Of a stretch of 28,682 bases of DNA, positions 16,597 through 23,604 are shown piece by piece. How positions within the stretch are numbered: the stretch's first letter is position 1; every line of letters begins with the position of its first letter. The DNA comes from a virus (lineage: Duplodnaviria; Caudoviricetes): positions 1 through 28,682 of IMG/VR virus record IMGVR_UViG_3300048598_000375. One strand, given 5' to 3'. Below the pieces are notes generated by a model, which worked only from the letters and a program-made list of their open reading frames with translations, ran no database searches and was not told the origin of the DNA. The translations under genes were made by a program, and so were the position numbers.

Positions 16597-18844
16597 TAAC
16601 AGCCATCCTTTTCTGTTTTTGAAGTTCTGACAATGTAATCCTCTCGCGTTTCGCACGGGCGACAGCCTGTCCTGTAATAGTGCACCCGCACATTGAGGCC
16701 GCTACAGAGCAGCCGACCATGCAATCAAGCCAGTGGTTGTCGAGGCCGCCAACTTTTGGTGACCATTGATAAACAACTCTGCCATGTCCTTCAGTTCGTA
16801 CCCAGGTTTCAGAACCTGCGATATGCTCGGCGAATAATGAATGCTGATGGCCCCCTTTGCCGAAAACAGTCAGTGATCCATGGTCCCCCGCTGCTACGAA
16901 AAATCTCTCGTGAATAAATGTTTTCCAATAATTTGTATCAATAGCTACATGGGTAAATTCACCAGTTTTATTTATATTGGGAATATACCAGTGATGGCCA
17001 TGCCTTTCGCCCGGCTTTCGTTTGTAGGTTGACATTGGTTTATTTGCGGCTTTGATACCAACACCTTTTGAAGCCATGATTGTGCCGCCAAGTTTATGGC
17101 GGATATTTTCAACTATGCCCGGCATATAGCCGCTGTCAATCAGGCAACGGTCAATTTTCATAACACCAGTTCCACGATTCCAGTCTCTATTTAATAAATC
17201 GCTGCATAATTTTTCCAAACCTGCTTGAATCGCACCTTCTTTTTCCATACCGCGGTAAATATCCTGTAAACTGATCTGAGCTTTGCGAAGATTAAAGGAA
17301 GCCCTTTTCTGATCCGGATAGGTTCCATAATCAACAACAAAACCTGTAAAATCCTCTGCCCATGCACATACCGTATAGAAAAGAAGTTTATCATGCACAT
17401 CGATAAACATCGTAAGGTACTGACAACCCAGCGGAACATCGCCCCGCCTGCGGCCATTAGTTTTCTCCATAACTTGCTCGATGGTTAAAACCTGTTCATC
17501 AGATTGTTCTGCAATCGGATCGTTTTGATATTCAGCATAAAATGCAGCTTCGTCGCGGATCATCAGGTTCATAGCATGCTGAATCGCAGATACTTCATCC
17601 TCATTGTGCCTTTGCGGCCAGGCAACTTTACTGCCAAAATCCATTGCAGCCCTGTTTTGAATATAAAACTCAGTTGCTTCCTTGCCGCCATTGCCGGCCC
17701 GCAAACTATCAGCGCGAATTTCTTCATACTTATCCCAAAGTTTCATATCAGAAGGTAATGCGTAAACCATCTTTGTACACTGCCCTTGCCATTCAGGATT
17801 TTTATCCGAGTCGAGAATCTGATCAGCCAAATCATTGCAGTAGATTTTGGTACAGGTTAATAGACCGGATATTTTCTTACCCGGCCCTGCCATACCAAGT
17901 ACATCACCATTTAATGTACTCAGCCGCTGGTTAGTCTGGTCAACTGATTTGGCTGATTCTCTGGTTTGCGGATCATCGATTAAAACAAGATCAGGCCGAA
18001 TGATCTTTCCATCCATGGTTGTATGAATCTGACCTCGAATATTACTATCCAAACTATCAACAGTAATTACAGAACCTGATGCGATGCTGCCATTGATAGT
18101 TGGAATAACTATTTTATGGGTGCCCCATACCGGATAAGTAAGTTCACCGCGATATCGCTGACCACGTTGTTTATGTGCACTATTTTCCAGGCACTGAATT
18201 GGGTAAATGATTTCCGGGAAATCTGCCAATAATAAATCATTTCCTAGCATTGTAGCTTGAACACTCTGAAATAAATTCAAAGATTGCCTTGTGGCTGAAC
18301 CAATCAGACAAACGTATTTTCTTGCGCCAATTAAAATTGCCCATATAGCAGCCGATCTTGTTAACGCAGATTTACCGCTTCCGCGAGGCATTGCAAATGC
18401 AAACAAGCCGCCATGGAGAACGGACTGTTCTATTTTGGAAATTACATTCAGGTGATCATCCGACCATGGCAAATAAAAAACATCAGCAAAGTAGGTCTCA
18501 CAAAAGAATCTAAAATCGCTGCATGCTTTCTCTCTTCGTTCTTGATTTTCAATTGCTGGAATTTCACCAATATCCTGCGCCTCTTTGCGGGCAGCATTTT
18601 TAGCAATTAGATCTTTTAATCTTGATTCTTCCACAGACTGTTTCTGCTGTTTTGGTTTTTCATATTCTTTCGCAAGCCATGAAACATACCGCACGAGATT
18701 AACGTGCTTTCCATCACCAATGCGGTATGCGGCAGAATTCATCTGCCAACGCAGTTGATTTTGTGACAAAACATTGCCAAGCGGCGTTGCGTTCATCAAT
18801 CGAAGCAGTTGTATCTGTGATAAATTATTTACGTCAATTGCCAT
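16589..18844 (-). CDS. Terminase large subunit with GpA-like nuclease domain and N-terminal HTH-like extension (751 aa)
   Basis: Walker A MPRGSGKS, Walker B LVLIDD, EYQNDP junction, nuclease motifs FIDVH, LIDSGY and DNHWLDC. Confidence 0.92.
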   Translation of the reverse strand: MAIDVNNLSQIQLLRLMNATPLGNVLSQNQLRWQMNSAAYRIGDGKHVNLVRYVSWLAKEYEKPKQQKQSVEESRLKDLIAKNAARKEAQDIGEIPAIENQERREKACSDFRFFCETYFADVFYLPWSDDHLNVISKIEQSVLHGGLFAFAMPRGSGKSALTRSAAIWAILIGARKYVCLIGSATRQSLNLFQSVQATMLGNDLLLADFPEIIYPIQCLENSAHKQRGQRYRGELTYPVWGTHKIVIPTINGSIASGSVITVDSLDSNIRGQIHTTMDGKIIRPDLVLIDDPQTRESAKSVDQTNQRLSTLNGDVLGMAGPGKKISGLLTCTKIYCNDLADQILDSDKNPEWQGQCTKMVYALPSDMKLWDKYEEIRADSLRAGNGGKEATEFYIQNRAAMDFGSKVAWPQRHNEDEVSAIQHAMNLMIRDEAAFYAEYQNDPIAEQSDEQVLTIEQVMEKTNGRRRGDVPLGCQYLTMFIDVHDKLLFYTVCAWAEDFTGFVVDYGTYPDQKRASFNLRKAQISLQDIYRGMEKEGAIQAGLEKLCSDLLNRDWNRGTGVMKIDRCLIDSGYMPGIVENIRHKLGGTIMASKGVGIKAANKPMSTYKRKPGERHGHHWYIPNINKTGEFTHVAIDTNYWKTFIHERFFVAAGDHGSLTVFGKGGHQHSLFAEHIAGSETWVRTEGHGRVVYQWSPKVGGLDNHWLDCMVGCSVAASMCGCTITGQAVARAKRERITLSELQKQKRMAVNE

Positions 18845-19028
18845 TGTTTATCCTGCTGTTAAGCCATGCGCCATAATGTACTAAATTAATTGTTCCGTCC
18901 GCCGCTGCCGGCGCCCCCTGCAAGATATGTTTCTGGACAATCTCAACTTGCAATCCAAGCATTTTAGCTGCCGTTTCAGGCGTTAATGCCGCCGGGTTTA
19001 TCTGTTTTGTGTCATTTTGTGTAGTCAT
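18834..19028 (-). CDS. Small terminase-like winged-HTH protein (64 aa)
   Basis: LTPETAAKMLG...VQKHILQGAP...DGTINLVHYGAWL resembles the Nu1/MerR-type wHTH pattern; overlaps the large subunit start. Confidence 0.65.
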   Translation of the reverse strand: MTTQNDTKQINPAALTPETAAKMLGLQVEIVQKHILQGAPAAADGTINLVHYGAWLNSRINNGN

Positions 19029-19138
19029 AATAAATTAATGTAAGTCCTTTAAAATAATGTATTTAATTACTTGCTAATACGTTTTTTTGAGATATTACAT
19101 GCATGTCCTTAAAGACAAGATTTTTGAAAGGAAAAACA

Positions 19139-19345
19139 ATGGAAAACGCAGAATACAAAGCAGCAAGATTCGATATCGCAAACCTGCTTGGCTGGTTTGA
19201 ATGCGAATTAGCAAAAGAGTCAAATCTCGGCTCGCCAATCGATGCCCGGCGCGAATTGATCCGGGCACTGGCGGTATTTAGCGGTATATCAGAAAAACAA
19301 ATCAAAGAATCACTGGAAGAATCAAATGAAAGGACAGGCAAATGA
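19139..19345 (+). CDS. Hypothetical protein (68 aa), first gene of the inverted island
   Basis: SD GAAAGGA before ATG 19139; helical; ATGA-coupled to the next gene. Confidence 0.7.
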   Translation: MENAEYKAARFDIANLLGWFECELAKESNLGSPIDARRELIRALAVFSGISEKQIKESLEESNERTGK

Positions 19346-19497
19346 AGATCGAAATCACAAAAGGAAAATACAAAGGAATTCGCGGCAGAGTAGTTGGAGT
19401 TTACACTGATGGGCGTTACGACATAAACATCATCAAACCGAAAACTGGCCAACCAAAGATCATGATTATTAAAATTAATAATTGCAAGGAGATCTAA
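19342..19497 (+). CDS. KOW-motif small protein (51 aa)
   Basis: Below the ORF track cutoff. MKIEITKGKYKGIRGRVVGVYTDGRYDINII... fits the KOW pattern (I..G.YKG..G.V); SD AAGGA. Confidence 0.7.
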   Translation: MKIEITKGKYKGIRGRVVGVYTDGRYDINIIKPKTGQPKIMIIKINNCKEI

Positions 19498-19500
19498 ATC

Positions 19501-19752
19501 ATGAAGGTAAAAACAATCATACTCGAAGGCGAAACAGGATACATAGCAACAATCAGCAGAGAAGAAAAAAGTATCGTGTGCCATATCGCAGATAACACCG
19601 GAAATTGCGTAAACATCCATCTTGTATCGCCGGATGATCGGGACGATATGTTCAGCATGGCCGAATGCATACAATTCCAGCTTGATGGATGCCGTGGTAC
19701 CAACAGCATGAAACATGAATATTTCAGAATGATAACATTTTTTGCAGATTAA
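19501..19752 (+). CDS. Hypothetical protein (83 aa)
   Basis: SD AAGGAG; starts 3 nt after the previous stop. Confidence 0.72.
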   Translation: MKVKTIILEGETGYIATISREEKSIVCHIADNTGNCVNIHLVSPDDRDDMFSMAECIQFQLDGCRGTNSMKHEYFRMITFFAD

Positions 19753-19764
19753 GGAGTTTTGACA

Positions 19765-19935
19765 ATGAACGAAGCAGATATCCAGGAAATTATCACAGAT
19801 TCCATAAGCGATCAGGATGAAATCATAAGGGTCCGGACATTTGAAGAAGCCGGAGTTCTTACCACAAATAACGGACTTGTCATCCGAACCAGCGATGGCA
19901 GTGAATTTCAAATTACAATTATTCAAAGCAGATAA
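19765..19935 (+). CDS. Small acidic hypothetical protein (56 aa)
   Basis: Below the track cutoff. SD AAGGAG; MNEADIQEIITDSISDQDEIIRVRTFEEAGVLTTNNGLVIRTSDGSEFQITIIQSR. Confidence 0.72.
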   Translation: MNEADIQEIITDSISDQDEIIRVRTFEEAGVLTTNNGLVIRTSDGSEFQITIIQSR

Positions 19936-19965
19936 TAAACCATTATTTTTGAAAGGAAAATTACA

Positions 19966-20448
19966 ATGAAGAACGAAGAAATTAAAATCAGCAAAATCTA
20001 CGCAATTAAGGTTGGCAAAAACACCGTCGGTGTCCGTATCATGAGCGAACATAAGGATGGCGGATGGGTTGGTTCCAATATTAAAACCAACAAAGAACTT
20101 ATTATCAGGTCTGCCGACAGGTTCATCGGACTCTACGAGGCAAAGAATGACAAAGCAAAATCCTCCAAGCCCTCTAAAAAGGAAAAGCAGTTTTCCCCGA
20201 AACCCGAAAACGTCAAACCATCCAAACAAGGCGGCTTGACTATCGCCGCCCAAATTCTTCAGGAAGCTGGCCAGCCGCTGAATTGTCAGGAGATGGTTAA
20301 GCAGATGCTGGAAAAAGGTCTGTGGAAGACCGATGGCAAGACACCGGCAGCGACTATTTACTCTGCGATAATCCGAGAGATCAAGGAAAAAGGTCCCCAG
20401 TCCAGATTCCGCAAGACCGAGCGCGGTAAGTTTGAATTTGCCAAGTAG
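19966..20448 (+). CDS. HARE-HTH (HB1/ASXL/restriction endonuclease winged HTH) domain protein (160 aa)
   Basis: C-terminal AAQILQEAGQPLNCQEMVKQMLEKGLWKTDGKTPAATIYSAIIREI...FRKTERGKF; Lys/Pro linker; small beta N-terminal domain. Confidence 0.85.
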   Translation: MKNEEIKISKIYAIKVGKNTVGVRIMSEHKDGGWVGSNIKTNKELIIRSADRFIGLYEAKNDKAKSSKPSKKEKQFSPKPENVKPSKQGGLTIAAQILQEAGQPLNCQEMVKQMLEKGLWKTDGKTPAATIYSAIIREIKEKGPQSRFRKTERGKFEFAK

Positions 20449-20456
20449 CGATAACA

Positions 20457-21752
20457 TTATTTTTTCTCCGAGACAACCCCAGCTTCAGCAGTTGGGGTTT
20501 TGTCGTTAGCAATCATTTTCTTTCTCTCCGCAAGCGTCATGCAATCAAGTCTAGCCACTGAGTAAGTATATTCACCATCACGGTATGCTTTCCGGCCTGT
20601 AAACTGTTCCCATCTGTTTTTTATCACGTCGCAATACACTGGATCTATTTCAAGACCATAGCATTTCCGCCCAGTCTGCTCGCAAGCAATCAGCGTACTT
20701 CCGCTGCCAAGAAAGCCATCGAAAACAATCGCTCCGGGCACGGAACTATTTGTGATGCCTTTTATGCACAGTTCAACCGGCTTCATTGTGGGATGGAGTT
20801 TTGAATTGAGCGGACGGTTAATTTCCCAGACTTCCGTTTGGGTTCTGTCGTCTCCAAAGCTGCTCTTTCCGAACCAGCCGAAAAAACAAGGTTCATACAT
20901 TCTCTGATATTTTGCAGGGGATAAAACCAGCTGCTGCTTTTTCCAGATAATTGTCGCAGACCAGTGGCAGCCCATTTCAATTAGCCATAGTCGCATTCGC
21001 ATACCTTCCGGACCTGAAGCTCCCCACATGTAAATATCGCCCGTATTGAATTCCTGAAAAATCTCATACATCTTGTGGCAGAAAATACTCCACTCGTCTG
21101 TGGACATGGAATCATTTTTGATGGATCTTATTTTATGGCGGGGATTTTTCGAACTTCCGTAATCGACATTATACGGCGCATCAGTGAAAATCATGTCTGC
21201 TTTGTCGCCCTTCATTAATTTAATTACATCGTCGCGATTGGTGCTGTCGCCGCAGAGAAGCCTGTGATCACCTAATATCCAAAGATCGCCCGTTTTTGTT
21301 ACAGGTTCCGCCGGCGGTTCGGGTACATCGTCTGGATCGGTCAACCCATCTTTTATGCCGGGATTAAGTATTTTAGCGAGCTGGTCACTATCGAAACCAA
21401 GCAGTTCGAGATTGAAATCCATCGACTGCAAATCTTTTAGTTCGATTGGAAGCAGTTCATAATTCCATTCCGCAATTGTAGAGGTTTGATTATCCGCAAT
21501 TCTGTATGCTTTTATTTGTGCATCAGTCAAATCCTGGGCAACATGCACAGGAAGTTTGTCCAAACCTAACTTCTGGGCCGCCTTATAGCGGGTATGACCG
21601 ACGATGATTACCCCATCTTTATCTACCACAATGGGCTGTCTAAATCCGAATTCCTTCAAACTTGCCATAACCGCATCGACCGCCTTGTCATTTATGCGGG
21701 GATTGTTTTGATATGGCTTTATTTCTTCAATGCTAAGTAATTCTATTTTCAT
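20457..21752 (-). CDS. ParB/Srx-domain plus N6A/N4C DNA methyltransferase fusion (431 aa)
   Basis: N-terminal PYQNNPR...FGFRQPIVVD...IVGHTRYKAA; GDLWILGDHRLLCGDST; motif IV as DAPY; HPTMKPV; motif I FDGFLGSGST (beta order). Confidence 0.93.
   Translation of the reverse strand: MKIELLSIEEIKPYQNNPRINDKAVDAVMASLKEFGFRQPIVVDKDGVIIVGHTRYKAAQKLGLDKLPVHVAQDLTDAQIKAYRIADNQTSTIAEWNYELLPIELKDLQSMDFNLELLGFDSDQLAKILNPGIKDGLTDPDDVPEPPAEPVTKTGDLWILGDHRLLCGDSTNRDDVIKLMKGDKADMIFTDAPYNVDYGSSKNPRHKIRSIKNDSMSTDEWSIFCHKMYEIFQEFNTGDIYMWGASGPEGMRMRLWLIEMGCHWSATIIWKKQQLVLSPAKYQRMYEPCFFGWFGKSSFGDDRTQTEVWEINRPLNSKLHPTMKPVELCIKGITNSSVPGAIVFDGFLGSGSTLIACEQTGRKCYGLEIDPVYCDVIKNRWEQFTGRKAYRDGEYTYSVARLDCMTLAERKKMIANDKTPTAEAGVVSEKK
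20472..20504 (+). terminator. Intrinsic terminator of the inverted island, embedded in the methyltransferase 3' end
   Basis: AACCCCAGCT-TCAGC-AGTTGGGGTT running into a short T tract on the + strand, about 25 nt after the HARE-HTH stop. Confidence 0.6.
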
Positions 21753-21778
21753 AAAAATCCTATTTAAAATTATAAAAG

Positions 21779-21961
21779 TTATTGTTTTTGAGGGCTTAAC
21801 AATTTTTGAAGTATGTAGCTGGTTCTATTTAAACCTAAAGCACGTGCCCGTTTTGATATAATCGCTCTTTCCAAACGCGATGCCCGAAAAGTTATCATGT
21901 AACTTCGCGGTTCGATAGAATGGCTACAATAAATGCAACGTTTTTCTTTCTTTTGACCCAT
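21779..21961 (-). CDS. Ribbon-helix-helix (MobC/CopG-like) protein (60 aa)
   Basis: ITFRASRLERAIISKRARALGLNRTSYI fits the RHH strand-helix-G-helix pattern; SD GAAAGGA. Confidence 0.65.
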   Translation of the reverse strand: MGQKKEKRCIYCSHSIEPRSYMITFRASRLERAIISKRARALGLNRTSYILQKLLSPQKQ

Positions 21962-22018
21962 TTCTTTCCTTTCTAAAGAAAATGTAGTTTGCGACCGAAT
22001 GTCTTATTTAAGGGGACC

Positions 22019-22062
22019 GTTCCCGCCGCCAATGCGGAGAATTCCGCACAGGGAGGACCCGT
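22019..22062 (-). other. Lambda-like cos packaging site (cosQ plus cosN-like)
   Basis: Minus strand ACGGGTCCT (lambda cosQ is GGGTCCT), then 23 nt, then GGCGGCG. In lambda, as recalled, the same 7-mer of the cohesive end follows after 24 nt. Consistent with a GpA-type terminase and lambda-family portal. Confidence 0.65.
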
Positions 22063-22070
22063 TCAATAAA

Positions 22071-22149
22071 CGTCGCACCACGTTGCACCACGTCGCGAGA
22101 TGTCGGCAGATTCGTATAAAGGTGCCTGCTTTCAACACAACGCAACGTG
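22071..22149. repeat. Short tandem and inverted repeats next to cos
   Basis: CGTCGCACCA CGTTGCACCA CGTCGC (10-bp period) and inverted pair CACGTTGC (22079) / GCAACGTG (22142). Confidence 0.55.
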
Positions 22150-22170
22150 CGCAAACGTGAGCGATTATTT

Positions 22171-22440
22171 TCAATTGGCTTGGTCATCATCAAATTGCTG
22201 CTCACAATTAAAAACATTAAATGCGTCATCCAGCTTTTCATCAAAGGTAAGTCCTTCGCCATATCTTTGACGCTTTATAGCTAAACGCGCGTATTGTCTG
22301 TTAGCCAGGTTATGATTGAACCTGGCTTCACTTTCTTTAGAACACTTGTGATTATTTTCAAGCGGTTCACCACATACCACGCATTTCCTTTTAACTGTGG
22401 ATAGATATCGAAGCTCAAACATGATTTCAAATAGTTCCAT
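22171..22440 (-). CDS. Hypothetical protein with CxxC...HxC motif (89 aa)
   Basis: Starts directly after the lipoprotein stop; CVVCGEPLENNHKC. Confidence 0.6.
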   Translation of the reverse strand: MELFEIMFELRYLSTVKRKCVVCGEPLENNHKCSKESEARFNHNLANRQYARLAIKRQRYGEGLTFDEKLDDAFNVFNCEQQFDDDQAN

Positions 22441-23073
22441 TTAATTCTTCTTTACTAATCTTGCTTGGCCAATATTCTGATACAACTGCGTCTCAACAGC
22501 TTTAACTTCGGGCACTGTTGATTGCGATACCTGCTTCATTGTCAGCTCAACACCCTGCTTATGTGCATCGTACTTAGCAAGAGCCTCGGCTGCTTTTTGT
22601 GCATTCTTTTTCGCCATTGCCGCTGCAAACGCTGCCGCTAATCCCAGACCAACATCAATCAGCGGTGCGTAAGGATTAAAAGGTGCACTTGCTGCATTTG
22701 CGGCTCTGGCTCCTTGCAGCACAGTTGTCAGGCCATCATCGGGATTTGTGTACTGGGCCGTTTTGATTGCGCTGGCAATAACCTGTGTCTTATCCTGAAC
22801 TGCATTGATTGTGCTCTGAAGTTTTTCAACTTTCGCGATTGCGTTGCTATCGATGGCGCCGTTTTGTTTAAGCGTTTCCAATGTCGCAGTCGTCTGCTCT
22901 TGAAACTGGTCCACCTGACTGCTTAACTGCTGGGTCTGGTCAGCTAAGGCTTGGAGGTCATCGGGCTTGATGTTTACACTTTGACAACCGCCAAGCCATA
23001 AAGCCAAAGTGGTAGCGATTAAAATTATTACAATCGCTACATCCCATTTCGTAATTGTTTTCACATTCTTCAT
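22441..23073 (-). CDS. Coiled-coil lipoprotein with C-proximal hydrophobic segment, u-spanin-like (210 aa)
   Basis: Start moved to ATG 23073 (SD AGGAG). Signal peptide ends in lipobox LGGC (Cys30), then a Gln/Ala coiled coil, then PLIDVGLGLAAAFAAAMA followed by KK. Confidence 0.7.
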   Translation of the reverse strand: MKNVKTITKWDVAIVIILIATTLALWLGGCQSVNIKPDDLQALADQTQQLSSQVDQFQEQTTATLETLKQNGAIDSNAIAKVEKLQSTINAVQDKTQVIASAIKTAQYTNPDDGLTTVLQGARAANAASAPFNPYAPLIDVGLGLAAAFAAAMAKKNAQKAAEALAKYDAHKQGVELTMKQVSQSTVPEVKAVETQLYQNIGQARLVKKN

Positions 23074-23101
23074 TTTTCGTACTCCTAAAACAAATTGGTT
23101 A

Positions 23102-23290
23102 TTATTTACCGGCAACATTTGCCGATTTTTCTTTTGAATTCATCAGTGGACCATTAAGAACGTTTTTGCTGCCGCATCGAACACAGGGTTTGATTACATC
23201 CTTCTCTTTTCCGAAATACATCATCTGGCAATCAAGACAGTAATGAGCATAAAAATATTTTCTTTCGTTTTTAATTATTGTTGTATTCAT
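23102..23290 (-). CDS. Zn-ribbon protein (62 aa)
   Basis: CLDC-x14-CVRCGS. Confidence 0.65.
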   Translation of the reverse strand: MNTTIIKNERKYFYAHYCLDCQMMYFGKEKDVIKPCVRCGSKNVLNGPLMNSKEKSANVAGK

Positions 23291-23336
23291 ATCTGTTTCT
23301 TCTGTTAATCTGTAACGACTTTTTGAATTCTTCCCG

Positions 23337-23581
23337 TTTCACCCGGGCTCTATACGCGCGTGCGCGCATCGCGTCGCGCGTGTGGGTGTGGGGTGAATAG
23401 GTGAAAGATTATTATTTTTTTTTATATATATTTTATTTTTCATATACTTATGACTTTTGAATCTTTCTCTTAATCTTTCACCCTGACCATCAGAACTTTT
23501 CACCTTCCAAAAATTTCTTGACCTGAAAACATCATTTAACACATCAAAATGTTTGAATGTTTCACCCTTGGGTGAAAGATT
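23337..23581. repeat. Iteron-like GGTGAAA(GATT) cluster, candidate replication origin
   Basis: Full or partial copies at 23337(-), 23392(+), 23400(+), 23460(-), 23472(-), 23498(-), 23560(-) and 23571(+), around a very AT-rich core (23408-23460), directly after the primase gene. Confidence 0.7.
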
Positions 23582-23604
23582 CGCCATGATTTGTAGAAAC
23601 ATTT

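Noticed and set aside
19041-19065. Imperfect dyad TAAGTCCTTT-N5-AATGTATTTA as a dif/att or operator site
   Set aside because: Only 7 of 10 positions pair in very AT-rich DNA, it matches dif poorly, and no recombinase is in the window.
19071-19100. Promoter for the inverted island (TTGCTA then TATTAC or TTACAT)
   Set aside because: A promoter is expected here, but the -10 match is too weak to assign.
19063-20457. Calling the 464-aa ORF a conventional protein gene
   Set aside because: Composition mirrors the plus-strand genes, which have SDs and recognisable domains. It is kept only as a possible translated bridge, not listed as a feature.
22008-22262. 84-aa ORF across the cos region
   Set aside because: Overlaps the 89-aa gene by about 90 nt in another frame, has no clear SD and no protein-like motif; the DNA is better explained as packaging signals.
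22071-23581. Repeat clusters as a mini-CRISPR array
   Set aside because: Units are 7-12 bp, in mixed orientation and irregularly spaced; no repeat-spacer structure and no cas genes.
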